A stretch of 64,000 nucleotides of DNA from Macrostomum lignano (taxonomy: Eukaryota): the NCBI GenBank assembly GCA_002269645.1, contig NIVC01003786.1, forward strand, positions 12,820 to 76,819, read 5' to 3'. The translations under genes were made by a program, and so were the position numbers. Under the pieces are notes generated by a model. That model ran no database searches. It was not told the DNA's origin and saw nothing but the letters and a program-made list of their open reading frames with translations. Numbering within the stretch: position 1 is the stretch's first letter; each line of letters begins with the position of its first letter. This document shows positions 46,613 to 61,137 of the stretch, one piece after another.

Positions 46613-49600
46613 TCTATCTATCTATCTTAATACTAAAAGTGGTGCGTTGTTTGTCTGTATGTATGTCAGTTCGATAACTCCTCCTAGAATACTTGCAACT
46701 CAGCGTTGAAACTTATCTTAATACTAAAAGTGGTGCGTTGTTTGTCTGTATGTATGTCAGTTCGATAACTCCTCCTAGAATACTTGCAACTCAGCGTTGA
46801 AACTTATATGGGAAAACTGCAAATTTTCCGAGGATGGCTTTAGGCTATTTTAATCTTTCATTTTTAAATTTTAAGATCCCTAAAAAAGCAGGAAGCAGCA
46901 ATTCTGACCTTTGATAATCTTATTTGTCCCCTCTTTCTGCTCGGAGCTGAAAATTGGCATAAATTTTGAGTGATTACGCCACAACTTTTTCCTATGTCGC
47001 CAGTGCATTTTCTCTCCTGTGGGGGAATGGGCGCGTTCTCATTGGCGGCGTGTGTACAATCGGACCCTGGCTCACTGGCTGACTTTATTTTAACAGGAAG
47101 CCCTGTGTATTTTTTGCACAGTGAAATTCAGTGCATTTTAATGCATAAACTTGCGAGCATCTTTAGCAGGCAGTGAACGTACACTCGATATTTCAATGCT
47201 TAAAATCAGAAAGTTTCAAACACTAACTGTTGCTCGAGTTTTGAACTTAGAGAGGAGAGACTTATATTGCTGGAAAGATCTTGCAGCGATGAGTTCGGGG
47301 ATATAAGTTTTTTGCTTTAAATATGAAAATTAAATTCACAGCATTCAAGAAAAGATTTTCATACTTTTAGCTTTCTGCAAAGATTTTGCTCATTTTGGAG
47401 TTCAATGGGGGTTCGACCGACCCCCCCCCCAATAGTTGGTAGGGGGTTCAATTTCTAGCTGCACTGCGTATTGGAAGGGGGTCGGTTGCTGTGTATTGGA
47501 GGGCTGATTTAGATTGCGCAATCTTTTTGTTAACTTTAACCGACGCTGATACTGACTGCCTGAGAAATAAGTTGCGCAATTTAATTGGTTCAATGTTTTT
47601 ACGGAGCCTTTCAACACGCAGCTGTGTGTAGCTCTAACCCTAACCCTAACCAATGAATTCTGAGAGCTGGGCTGTTTGACGTAGAAATTTCGATTTAGTC
47701 CAGTTTCACGGAGAGGATTTCTATTTCGCGGAGAATATTTCGATGGTGTTCAGTTTCACGGAGAGGATTTCGATAGTGTTCAGTTTCACGGAGACGATTT
47801 CTGTTGCGCGGAGAGGTGTTGGAAAATGGGATTCCGCTGATGGAGTTCAGGGAATGGAATTCCGCTGATTGGAGTTCTTCCCCTTTCTTCTCCGAAGGAG
47901 GAGTTGGCCTCGTCTCTATCTATATATACTAAAGTTGACGCGTTGTTTGTCTGTCTGTCTGTGTGTCTGTCTGTCATTTCGACAACTCCTCCTTGAATAG
48001 TGGCAACTCAGCGTTGAAACTTATATGGGAAGATTGGAAATTATCCGAGGTCGGCTATAGGCTATTTTAATTCTGAAATTTTAATTTCTAAGATCCTCAA
48101 AAAAGCAGAAAACGGCGGTCTTGACCTTTGATAATCTTAATTGTCCCCTCTTTCTGCTTGGAGCTGAAAATTTGCATGAATTTCAAGTGATTGCGCCACA
48201 ACTTTTCCCTATCTCTGCAGTGTATTTTCTCTCCAGTGGGGGGATGGGGCGTTCTAAATGGCTGCCTGTGTACAATCGGACCCTGGCTCACTGGCTGACT
48301 GTATAGACAATTGCGCAAAGATTTGTGTTCTAATTTTCAATAGGCAGCCCTGTGATTTTGTTGAACCTTGAAATTCAATGCATAAACTTGCGGGCCTCTT
48401 TAGCAGGCAGTGAACGTACAATCGATATTTCAATGCTTTAAATCAGAAAGTTTCAAACGCAAACTGTTGCTCGAGTTTTTAACTTTGAGAGAAAAAATTT
48501 ATATTGCTGGAAAGAACTTGCAAAGCTGATTTCAGGGATATAAATTGTTTGCTTCAAATATGAAAACTAAAAGCTCTGCATTGCAAAAACTATTTCCATA
48601 CTTTAAACTTTCTGCAAAGATTGTACTCATTTTGGCGAGAGGTGAGAGATAAAGTTGGGGGTTTCGACTTCTAACTGGCGCTGTGTATAGGAAGAGGGTC
48701 AGTTGCTTTGTATTGGAGGGTTGATTAGATTGCGCAAACTTTTTGTTAACTTTAACTGAGACTGATACTGACTGACTGTGAAATCGGTTGCGCAATGAAT
48801 TGATTCAATTAGTTCAATATTTTTATCAGTGCCTTTTAACACAAAGCTGTGCGTAGTTCTAACCCTAACCCTAACCCTAACCCTAACCCTAACCAATGAA
48901 TCCGGAGAGTTGAGTTGTTTGACGGAAAAAATTCGATTGAGTCCAGTTTAGCGGAGACGATTTCAATGTTTTAATTTTGACGGAGAGGATTTCTGTTTCG
49001 TGGAGAGGATTTCGATGGTGTTCAGTTTCGTGGAAAGGATTTCGATGATGTTCAGTTTCGTGAAAAGGATTTCGATGGTGCTCAGTTTCACGGAGAGGAT
49101 TTCGATGATGTTCAGCTTCACGGAGAGGATTTCTGTTTCGCAGAGATAATTTATGATTGATTTCTGTTTTATGGAGACCATTTTGATGGATTTAAGTTTC
49201 AAGGAGAGGATTTCGAAGGAGTCCAGTTTCACGGAGAGGATTTCGATGGTTTTCAGTTGCACAGACTGCTTCGCGGAGAGGATCTTGATGGATTTGGCAT
49301 CTTCAATCAGTCAGAGAAGAGAGTAAAGAGAAGAATGAAAGGAGAAGAGAGATGAGATGATAGAAAACAGAGTAGAAATGAGTGAAGAGATTAAACATGA
49401 CAGATGGGAGAGAAGAAGGGAGTAAGGCGGGAACGAAGGAGAGAGAAGAGAAGAGGAGAGAGGAGATGAAGGGAGAGGATATGAGAGAGGAGATATGAGA
49501 TAGCAGAGAGGAGACAGGAGAGAGAAGAAAAGAGGGATAAGAGCGTACAGAGGCAATAGAAGAGAGGAAAGAGAGGATAGAGGTGAGAGGTGAGAGGAGT

Positions 49601-52600
49601 GAGATGAAAGATCAGAGATCAGAGATTTAAGAGAAGAAAGTAGTGAGGAGAAAGAAGATGGTAAAGATGTGAGTGCAGAGAGGAGAGAAATGAGAGGAGA
49701 CAGGTGGTAGAAAGGAGTGTAAAAAACAGGAGATAAGAAAGGAGAGGGTGAGTGTGAGAGCATATAGGAAAGTGTAAAAGGGGAGCAAAGAGAGAGAATA
49801 GATAAGTGAGTAGAGAAGAGATATGAGGGAGAAGAGATTAGAGATTAGATAAGAGATGAGGGGAGATGAGAGGAGAGAAGAGAGAATGGAGAGGAGAAAA
49901 AAGAGAGGAGAGGAGACAGGTGATGCAGTAGAAAGGAGGGAAGAAAAAAGGGAGATAAGAAAGGAGAGGTTGAGAGCGTATAAGAGATACGAGAAATGAG
50001 AGCAGAGAGAAGAGAGAAAAGGGAAGAGAGAAAGTAGTAGAGCGGAGATGATAGATAAGTGATTAGAGATGAGATATGAGAGAGGAGAGAAAAGGGGAGA
50101 GATAAGATAGAAGATGGGAGAGTAGACAGGAGAGGGAGAATAAATAAGGGATAAATAAGGGAGTAGAGATAAATAAGGGAGTAGAGATAAATAAGAGAGT
50201 AGGGGTAGAGATGAGATGAGAGAGAGGAGAGAGAAGCGAGTCACGATAATAGCGAAGAGAGGAGAGAGTAGATATGAGAGACGTAAGAGTCTTTGATCTA
50301 TGGTCTTTGAAAGGTTTGTAAAGAATTTGGAGACGATTTGGAAGATGGGATTCAAGACATGGAATTTCAGTTGATGGATAATTCAGGGAATGGAATTCCG
50401 GTGATGGGAGTTCTTCCCCTTTCTCCTCCGAAGGAGGAGTTCCACTCGTTAATACTAAAAGTGGTGCGTTGTTTGTCTGTATGTATGTCAGTTCGATAAC
50501 TCCTCCTAGAATACTTGCAACTCAGCGTTGAAACTTATATGGGAAAACTGCAAATTTTCCGAGGATGGCTTTAGGCTATTTTAATCTTTCATTTTTAAAT
50601 TTTAAGATCCCTAAAAAAGCAGGAAGCAGCAATTCTGACCTTTGATAATCTTATTTGTCCCCTCTTTCTGCTCGGAGCTGAAAATTGGCATAAATTTTGA
50701 GTGATTACGCCACAACTTTTTCCTATGTCGCCAGTGCGTTTTCTCTCCTGTGGGGGAATGGGCGCGTTCTCATTGGCGGCGTGTGTACAATCGGACCCTG
50801 GCTCACTGGCTGACTTTATAGACAATTGCGCAACTATTTGTGTTCTGTTTTTTAACAGGCAGCCCTGTGTATTTTTTGCACAGTGAAATTCAGTGCATTT
50901 TTACGCATAAACTTGCGAGCATCTTTAGCAGGCAGTGAACGTACACTCGATATTTCAATGCTTAAAATCAGAAAGTTTCAAACACTAACTGTTGCTCGAG
51001 TTTTGAACTTAGAGAGGAGAGACTTATATTGCTGGAAAGATCTTGCTGCGATGAGTTCGGGGATATAAGTTTTTTGCTTTAAATATGAAAATTAAATTCA
51101 CAGCATTCAAGAAAAGATTTTCATACTTTTAGCTTTCTGCAAAGATTTTGCTCATTTTGGAGTTCAATGGGGGTTCGACCGACCCCCCCCAATAGTTAGT
51201 AGGGGGGGTTCAATTTCTAGCTGCACTGCGTATTGGAAGGGGGTCGGTTGCTGTGTATTGGAGGGCTGATTTAGATTGCGCAATCTTTTTGTTAACTTTA
51301 ACCGACGCTGATACTGACTGCCTGAGAAATAAGTTGCGCAATTTAATTGGTTCAATGTTTTTACGGCGCCTTTCAACACGCAGCTGTGTGTAGCTCTAAC
51401 CCTAACCCTAACCCTAACCAATGAATTCTGAGAGCTGGGCTGTTTGACGGAGAAATTTCGATTTAGTCCAGTTTCACGGAGAGGATTTCTATTTCGCGGA
51501 GAATATTTCGATGGTGTTCAGTTTCACGGAGAGGATTTCGATAGTGTTCAGTTTCACGGAGACGATTTCTGTTGCGCGGAGAGGTGTTGGAAAATGGGAT
51601 TCCGCTGATGGAGTTCAGGGAATGGAATTCCGCTGATTGGAGTTCTTCCCCTTTCTTCTCCGAAGGAGGAGTTGGCCTCGTATATACTAAAGTTGACGCG
51701 TTGTTTGTCTGTCTGTATGTCAGTTCGATAACTCCTCCTAGAATACTTGCAACTCAGCGTTGAAACTTATATGGGAAAACTGCAAATTTTCCGAGGATGG
51801 CTTTAGGCTATTTTAATCTTTCATTTTCAATTTTTAAGATCCCTAAAAAAGCAGAAAACGGCGGTCTTGACCTTTGATAATCTTAATTGTCCCCTCTTTC
51901 TGCTCGGAGCTGAAAATTGGCATAAATTTTGAGTGATTACGCCACAACTTTTTCCTATGTCGCCAGTGCATTTTCTCTCCTGTGGGGGAATGGGCGCGTT
52001 CTCATTGGCGGCGTGTGTACAATTGGACCCTGGCTCACTGGCTGACTTTATAGATAATTGCGCAATGATATGGCTACTGATAAGTTTTCCTGCCTATCAA
52101 TGGGCAGTCCTGTGTATTTGTTGGACATTGAAATTCAATGCATCAACTTGCAAGCAGGCAGTGAACGTACACTCGATACTTCAATGCTATAAATCAGACA
52201 GTTTCAAACGCTAACTGTTCCTCGAGTTTTAAACTTTGAGAGGAGAAACTTATATTGCTGGCAAGATCTTGCAACGCTGAGTTCGGGGATATAAGTTGTT
52301 TGCTTTAACTATGAAAAGAAAAAGCACAGCATTTGGAAAACTATTTCCATACTTTTAACTTTTTGCAAATATTGTACTCAGTTTTGCAAGACGTAATAGA
52401 TAAAGTTGGGGGGAGGGTTCAACTTCTCACTACAGCTGTGGATTGGAGGGTTGATTTAGATTGCGCAATCTTTTGTTAACTTTACCTGAGGCTGATACTG
52501 ACTGACTGTGAAATCGGTTGCGCAATGAATTGATTCAATTAGTTCAATATTTTTATCTGTGCCTTTTAACACGAAGCTGTGCGTAGTTCTAACCCTAACC

Positions 52601-53911
52601 CTAACCCTAACCCTAATGAATCTGGCGAGTTGAGTTGTTTGACGGAAAAAATTCGATTAAGTCAAGTTTAGCGGAGACGATTTCAATGTTTAAATTCTGA
52701 CGGAGAAGATTTCTGTTTCGTGGAGAGGATTTCGATGATGTTCAGTTTCACGAAAGGATTTCCATGGTGTTCAGTTTCACGGAGAGGATTTCGATCATGT
52801 TCAGCTTCACGGAGAGGCTTTCTGTTTCGCTGAGATAATTTATGATTGATTTCTGTTTTATGGAAACAATTTTGATGGATTCAGGTTTCAAGGAGAGGAT
52901 TTCGAAGGAGTCCAGTTTCACTGAGAGGATTTCGATGGTTTTTAGTTGAACAGACAGGATTTTTGCTTCGCGGAGAGGATTTTGATGGATTTGGCATCTT
53001 CAATCAGTCAGAGAAGAGAGTAAAGAGAAGACTGAAAAGAGAAGAGAGAAGAGATGATAGAAAACAGAGTAAATTGAGTGGAGAGATTAGACATGACAGA
53101 TTGGAGATGATAGGAGAGAGAATAGATGAGGGATAAGAGCGTACAGAGGCAATAGAAGAGAGGGGAGAGTAGAGGAGAAAGAAAGAGTGAGATGAGGAGA
53201 TGAGGAGATGAGGGATGAGAGAGGAGGGGAGAGAGGAGACAGGAGAGAGTACAGACGAAAGACTAGGGAGAAGATATAAATAAGGTAGTAAAGATGAGAG
53301 GAGAGAGAGGAGAGAGAAGCGAAAGGAGAAGAGAGTGAGGAGAGAGGAGAGAGATGAAAGGAGCAAGGAAAGGAGAAAAGAGAGAATGGAGAGAATAGAA
53401 AAGAGAGAAGAGAAGAGACAGGGGATAGTGAAAAGGAGGAAGAAAGATGGGAGACAAGAAAGTAGTGTCAGAGCGTATATGAAATATGAGAAATGAGAGC
53501 AGAGAGAAGAGAAAAGAGAAGAGAGAGAGAGGGTTAAGAGAGACGATAGATAAGTGAGTAGAGATGACATATGAGAGAGGAGAGAAGAGGGAGAGATAAG
53601 AGTGAAGAGAGGAGACAGAAGACAGGAGAAGGTACAGACGAAAGACGAGGGAGAAGAGATAAATAAGGGAGCAGGGGTAGAGATGAGATGAGAGAGAGGA
53701 GAGAGGAGATATGAGAGACTTGAGAGTCTTTGAGCTATGGTCTTTGAAAGATTTTGTAAAGAATTTGGAGACGATTTGGAAGATAGGGTTAAAGACATGG
53801 AATTTCAGTTGATGGATATTTCAGGGAATAGAATTCCGGTGATGGGAGTTCTTCCCCTTTCTCCTCCGAAGGAGGAGTTCCACTTCTCTATATATACTAA
53901 AGTTGACGTGT

Positions 53912-53943
<32 letters not shown>

Positions 53944-56900
53944 ATTTCGACAACTCCTCCTTGAATAGTGGCAACTCAGCGTTGAAACTTATATGGGAAG
54001 ATTGGAAATTATCCGAGGTCGGCTATAGGCTATTTTAATTCTGAAATTTTAATTTCTAAGATCCTCAAAAAAGCAGAAAACGGCGGTCTTGACCTTTGAT
54101 AATCTTAATTGTCCCCTCTTTCTGCTCGGAGCTGAAAATTTGCATGAATTTTAAGTGATTGCGCCATAAAATTTTGCTACCTTGGCAGTGTATTTTCTCT
54201 CCAGTGGGGGGATGGGGCGTTCTAAATGGCTGCATGTGTACAATCGGACCCTGGCTCACCGGCTGACTTTATAGACAATTGCGCAAAGATTTGTGTTCTA
54301 ATTTTCAATAGGCAGCCCTGTGATTTTGTTGAACCTTGAAATTCAATGCATAAACTTGCGGGCCTCTTTAGCAGGCAGTGAACGTACAATTGATATTTTA
54401 ATGCTTTAAATCAGAAAGTTTTAAACGCTAACTGTTGCTCGAGTTTTTAACTTTGAGAGAAAAAATTAATATTGCTGGAAAGAACTTGCAAAGCTGATTT
54501 CAGGGATATAAATTGTTTGCTTTAAATATGAAAAGAAAAAGCACAGCATTGAAAAAACTATTTCCATACTTTTAACTTTCTGCAAAATTGTACTCAGTTT
54601 TGCGAGACGTAATAGATAAAGTTTGGGGGAGGGTTCAACTTCTTACTGCTGCTGTGTATTGGAGGGTTGATTTAGATTGCGCAATGTTTTTGTTAACTTT
54701 AACTGAGACTGATACTGACTGACTGTGAAATCGGTTGCGCCATCAATTTGTTTTATTATCTGTGCCTTTCAATAGGCTGCCCTGTGTAATAGCCAGCCTG
54801 TGTAATGAATGAATAAATTTGCGAGCCTCTTTGGCAGGCAGTGAACGTACACGCGATATTTCAATGCCTTAAAACGGGAACTTTCAAACGCTAACTGCTC
54901 TTCGAGTTCTAAACTTTAAGAGAAGATACTTATCCTGCTGAAAAGATCTTGCAACGCTGAGTTCGAGGATATAAATTGTTTGCTATAAATATAAAGACTA
55001 AAAGAGCAGCATCAAAAAAACTATTTCCATACTTTTAGCTTTATGCAAAGATTGTACTCATTTTTTGGTTCAATGCCCCCAACAGTTCGGCGTTCAATTT
55101 CTAACTGCTACTGCGTATTGAAAAGAGGTCGGTCTCTGTGTACTGGAGGGTTGATTTAGATTGCGCAATCTTTTTGTTAACTTTAACTGAGACTGATACT
55201 GACTGACTGAGAAATCGGTTGCGCAATCAATTGATTCAATTGGTTCAATTTTTATTTGAACACGCAGCTGTGTGTAGCTTTAACCCTAACCCTAACCCTA
55301 ACAATAACCCTAACCAATGAATCCTGATATTTATTTTTTTTGACGGAGAAAATTTCGATTGAGTCCAGTTTAAAAGAGAGAATTTCGATGGTTTTCAGTT
55401 TCACGGAAAGGATTTCGAAGGAGTCCAGTTTCACGGAGAGGATTTCGATGGTTTTCAGTTGCACGGACAGGATTTCTGCTTCGCGGAGAGGATCTTGATG
55501 GATTTGGCATCTTCAATCAGTCAGAGAAAAGAGTAAAGAGAAGAATGAAAGCAGAAGAGAGATTAGATGATAGAAAACAGAGTAGAAATAAGTGGAGATA
55601 TTAGACATGACAGATTGGAGAGAAGAGGGGATTTAGGCGGGAACGAAGAGGGAGAGAGAAGAAAAGAGGAGAGAGGAGAGAAAATAGATTAGGGATAAGA
55701 GCGTACAGAGAAAATAGAAAGAGGGGAGAGTAGAGGAGAAAGAAAGAGTGAGATGAGGGATGAGGGATGAGAGAGGAGGGGAGACAGGAGAGACAAGAAA
55801 GGAGAAAAGAGGGAGAAAGGAGAAAGGAGAGAGTAGAGACGAAGGACCAGTTAGAAGATATAAATACGGTAGTAGAGATGAGAGAGAGATAGGAGAGAGA
55901 AGCGAGAGAAGAAGCGAGAGGAGAAGAGAAAGAGGAGAGAGGAGAGAGATGAAATAGATAAGAGAGTTAAGAGAGGAAAGTAGTGAGGAGAGGAGAGATG
56001 AGAGATGCGATGATAAGAGATGAGTGAGAACATAAGAGAGAAGAGAGAAGAGATTAGAGAAGAGAGGGGAGAAGATAAAAGGAGCAAGGGAGGAGAAAAG
56101 AGAGAATGGAGAGGATAGAAAAGAGAGAAGAGAAGAGACAGGGAAAAGTGGAAAGGAGGAAAGAAAGATTGGAGACAAGTAAGTGGAGTGTGAGAGCGTA
56201 TATGAGATATGAGAAATGAGAGCAGAGAGGAAAGAAAAGAGAAGAGAGAGAGGGTTAAGAGAGACGATAGATAAGTGAATAGGGATGACATATAAAAGAG
56301 GAGAGAAGAGGGAGAGATAAGAGAGAAGAGAGAAGACAGGAGACAGAAGTGAAGAGGAGAGATATGAGAGAAGAGAGGAGACAAGAGACAGGAGAGGGTA
56401 CAGACGAAAGACGAGGGAGAAAACATAAATAAGGGAGTACGGGTAGAGATGAGATGAGAGAGAGGAGAGAGAAGAGAGTCACGATAATAGCACAGAGTGG
56501 AGAGAGTAGATATGAGAGACGTGAGAGTCTTTGAGCTATGGTCTTTGAAAGGTTTTCTAAAGAATTTGGAGACGATTTGGAAGATAGGGTTCAAGACATG
56601 GAATTTCAGTTCATGGATATTTCAGGGAATGGAATTCCGGTGATGGGAGTTCTTCCCCTTTCTCCTCCGAAGGAGGAGTTCCACTTCTATATATACTAAA
56701 GTTGACGCGTTGTTTGTCTGTCTGTATGTCAGTTCGATAACTCCTCCTAGAATACTTGCAACTCAGCGTTGAAACTTATATGGGAAAACTGCAAATTTTC
56801 CGAGGATGGCTTTAGGCTATTTTAATCTTTCATTTTCAATTTTTAAGATCCCTAAAAAAGCAGAAAACGGCGGTCTTGACCTTTGATAATCTTAATTGTC

Positions 56901-59900
56901 CCCTCTTTCTGCTCGGAGCTGAAAATTGCATAAATTTTGAGTGATTACGCCACAACTTTTTCCTATCGCCAGTGCATTTTCTCTCCTGTGGGGGAATGGG
57001 CGCGTTCTCATTGGCGGCGTGTGTACAATTGGACCCTGGCTCACTGGCTGACTTTATAGATAATTGCGCAATGATATGGCTACTGATAAGTTTTCCTGCC
57101 TATCAATGGGCAGTCCTGTGTATTTGTTGGACATTGAAATTCAATGCATCAACTTGCAAGCAGGCAGTGAACGTACACTCGATACTTCAATGCTATAAAT
57201 CAGACAGTTTCAAACGCTAACTGTTCCTCGAGTTTTAAACTTTGAGAGGAGAAACTTATATTGCTGGCAAGATCTTGCAACGCTGAGTTCGGGATATAAG
57301 TTGTTTGCTTTAACTATGAAAAGAAAAAGCACAGCATTTGAAAACTATTTCCATACTTTTAACTTTTTGCAAATATTGTACTCAGTTTTGCAAGACGTAA
57401 TAGATAAAGTTGGGGGAGGGTTCAACTTCTCACTACAGCTGTGGATTGGAGGGTTGATTTAGATTGCGCAATCTTTTGTTAACTTTACCTGAGGCTGATA
57501 CTGACTGACTGTGAAATCGGTTGCGCAATGAATTGATTCAATTAGTTCAATATTTTTATCTGTGCCTTTTAACACGAAGCTGTGCGTAGTTCTAACCCTA
57601 ACCCTAACCCTAACCCTAATGAATCTGGCGAGTTGAGTTGTTTGACGGAAAAAATTCGATTAAGTCAAGTTTAGCGGAGACGATTTCAATGTTTAAATTC
57701 TGACGGAGAAGATTTCTGTTTCGTGGAGAGGATTTCGATGATGTTCAGTTTCACGAAAGGATTTCCATGGTGTTCAGTTTCACGGAGAGGATTTCGATCA
57801 TGTTCAGCTTCACGGAGAGGCTTTCTGTTTCGCGAGATAATTTATGATTGATTTCTGTTTTATGGAAACAATTTTGATGGATTCAGTTTCAAGGAGAGGA
57901 TTTCGAAGGAGTCCAGTTTCACTGAGAGGATTTCGATGGTTTTTAGTTGCACAGACAGGATTTTTGCTTCGCGGAGAGGATTTGATGGATTTGGCATCTT
58001 CAATCAGTCAGAGAAGAGAGTAAAGAGAAGACTGAAAAGAGAAGAGAGAAGAGATGATAGAAAACAGAGTAAATTGAGTGGAGAGATTAGACATGACAGA
58101 TTGGAGATGATAGGAGAGAGAATAGATGAGGGATAAGAGCGTACAGAGGCAATAGAAGAGAGGGGAGAGTAGAGGAGAAAGAAAGAGTGAGATGAGGAGA
58201 TGAGGAGATGAGGGATGAGAGAGGAGGGGAGAGAGGAGACAGGAGAGAGTACAGACGAAAGACTAGGGAGAAGATATAAATAAGGTAGTAAAGATGAGAG
58301 GAGAGAGAGGAGAGAGAAGCGAAAGGAGAAGAGAGTGAGGAGAGAGGAGAGAGATGAAAGGAGCAAGGAAAGGAGAAAAGAGAGAATGGAGAGAATAGAA
58401 AAGAGAGAAGAGAAGAGACAGGGGATAGTGAAAAGGAGGAAGAAAGATGGGAGACAAGAAAGTAGTGTCAGAGCGTATATGAAATATGAGAAATGAGAGC
58501 AGAGAGAAGAGAAAAGAGAAGAGAGAGAGAGGGTTAAGAGAGACGATAGATAAGTGAGTAGAGATGACATATGAGAGAGGAGAGAAGAGGGAGAGATAAG
58601 AGTGAAGAGAGGAGACAGAAGACAGGAGAAGGTACAGACGAAAGACGAGGGAGAAGAGATAAATAAGGGAGCAGGGGTAGAGATGAGATGAAGAGAGGAG
58701 AGAGGAGATATGAGAGACTTGAGAGTCTTTGAGCTATGGTCTTTGAAAGATTTTGTAAAGAATTTGGAGACGATTTGGAAGATAGGGTTAAAGACATGGA
58801 ATTTCAGTTGATGGATATTTCAGGGAATAGAATTCCGGTGATGGGAGTTCTTCCCCTTTCTCCTCCGAAGGAGGAGTTCCACTCGTCTATATATACTAAA
58901 GTTGACGTGTTGTTTGTCTGTCTGTGTGTCATTTCGACAACTCCTCCTTGAATAGTGGCAACTCAGCGTTGAAACTTATATGGGAAGATTGGAAATTATC
59001 CGAGGTCGGCTATAGGCTATTTTAATTCTGAAATTTTAATTTCTAAGATCCTCAAAAAAGCAGAAAACGGCGGTCTTGACCTTTGATAATCTTAATTGTC
59101 CCCTCTTTCTGCTTGGAGCTGAAAATGCATGAATTTTTAGTGATTGCGCCACAACTTTTCCCTATCTCTGTAGTGTATTTTCTTTCCAGTGGGGGTGGGA
59201 GCGTTCTCAGTGGCTGCGTGTGTACACTTGGACCCTGGCTCACTGGCTGACTTTATAGATAATTGCGCAATGATATGGCTACTGATAAGTTTTCCTGCCT
59301 TCAATGGGCAGTCCTGTGTATTTGTTGGACATTGAAATTCAATGCATCAACTTGCAAGCAGGCAGTGAACGTACACTCGATACTTCAATGCTATAAATCA
59401 GACAGTTTCAAACGCTAACTGTTCCTCGAGTTTTAAACTTTGAGAGGAGAAACTTATATTGCTGGCAAGATCTTGCAACGCTGAGTTCGGGGATATAAGT
59501 TGTTTGCTTTAAATATGAAAAGAAAAAGCACAGCATTTGAAAACTATTTCCATACTTTTAACTTTTGCAAAGATTGTACTCAGTTTTGCAACGTAAAGAT
59601 AAAGTTGGGGGAGGGTTCAACTTCTCACTGCTGCTGTGGATTGGAGGGTTGATTTAGATTGCGCAATCTTTTGTTAACTTTACCTGAGGCTGATACTGAC
59701 TGACTGTGAAATCGGTTGCGCAATGAATTGATTCAATTAGTTCAATATTTTTATCTGTGCCTTTTAACACGAAGCTGTGCGTAGTTCTAACCCTAACCCT
59801 AACCCTAACCCTAATGAATCTGGCGAGTTGAGTTGTTTGACGGAAAAAATTCGATTAAGTCAAGTTTAGCGGAGACGATTTCAATGTTTAAATTCTGACG

Positions 59901-61105
59901 GAGAAGATTTCTGTTTCGTGGAGAGGATTTCGATGATGTTCAGTTTCACGAAAGGATTTCCATGGTGTTCAGTTTCACGGAGAGGATTTCGATCATGTTC
60001 AGCTTCACGGAGAGGCTTTCTGTTTCGCGAGATAATTTATGATTGATTTCTGTTTTATGGAAACAATTTTGATGGATTCAGGTTTCAAGGAGAGGATTTC
60101 GAAGGAGTCCAGTTTCACTGAGAGGATTTCGATGGTTTTTAGTTGCACAGACAGGATTTTTGCTTCGCGGAGAGGATTTGATGGATTTGGCATCTTCAAT
60201 CAGTCAGAGAAGAGAGTAAAGAGAAGACTGAAAAGAGAAGAGAGAAGAGATGATAGAAAACAGAGTAAATTGAGTGGAGAGATTAGACATGACAGATTGG
60301 AGATGATAGGAGAGAGAATAGATGAGGGATAAGAGCGTACAGAGGCAATAGAAGAGAGGGGAGAGTAGAGGAGAAAGAAAGAGTGAGATGAGGAGATGAG
60401 GAGATGAGGGATGAGAGAGGAGGGGAGAGAGGAGACAGGAGAGAGTACAGACGAAAGACTAGGGAGAAGATATAAATAAGGTAGTAAAGATGAGAGGAGA
60501 GAGAGGAGAGAGAAGCGAAAGGAGAAGAGAGTGAGGAGAGAGGAGAGAGATGAAAGGAGCAAGGAAAGGAGAAAAGAGAGAATGGAGAGAATAGAAAAGA
60601 GAGAAGAGAAGAGACAGGGGATAGTGAAAAGGAGGAAGAAAGATGGAGACAAGAAAGTAGTGTCAGAGCGTATATGAAATATGAGAAATGAGAGCAGAGA
60701 GAAGAGAAAAGAGAAGAGAGAGAGAGGGTTAAGAGAGACGATAGATAAGTGAGTAGAGATGACATATGAGAGAGGAGAGAAGAGGGAGAGATAAGAGTGA
60801 AGAGAGGAGACAGAAGACAGGAGAAGGTACAGACGAAAGACGAGGGAGAAGAGATAAATAAGGGAGCAGGGGTAGAGATGAGATGAGAGAGAGGAGAGAG
60901 GAGATATGAGAGACTTGAGAGTCTTTGAGCTATGGTCTTTGAAAGATTTTGTAAAGAATTTGGAGACGATTTGGAAGATAGGGTTAAAGACATGGAATTT
61001 CAGTTGATGGATATTTCAGGGAATAGAATTCCGGTGATGGGAGTTCTTCCCCTTTCTCCTCCGAAGGAGGAGTTCCACTCTCTATATATACTAAAGTTGA
61101 CGTGT

Positions 61106-61137
<32 letters not shown>

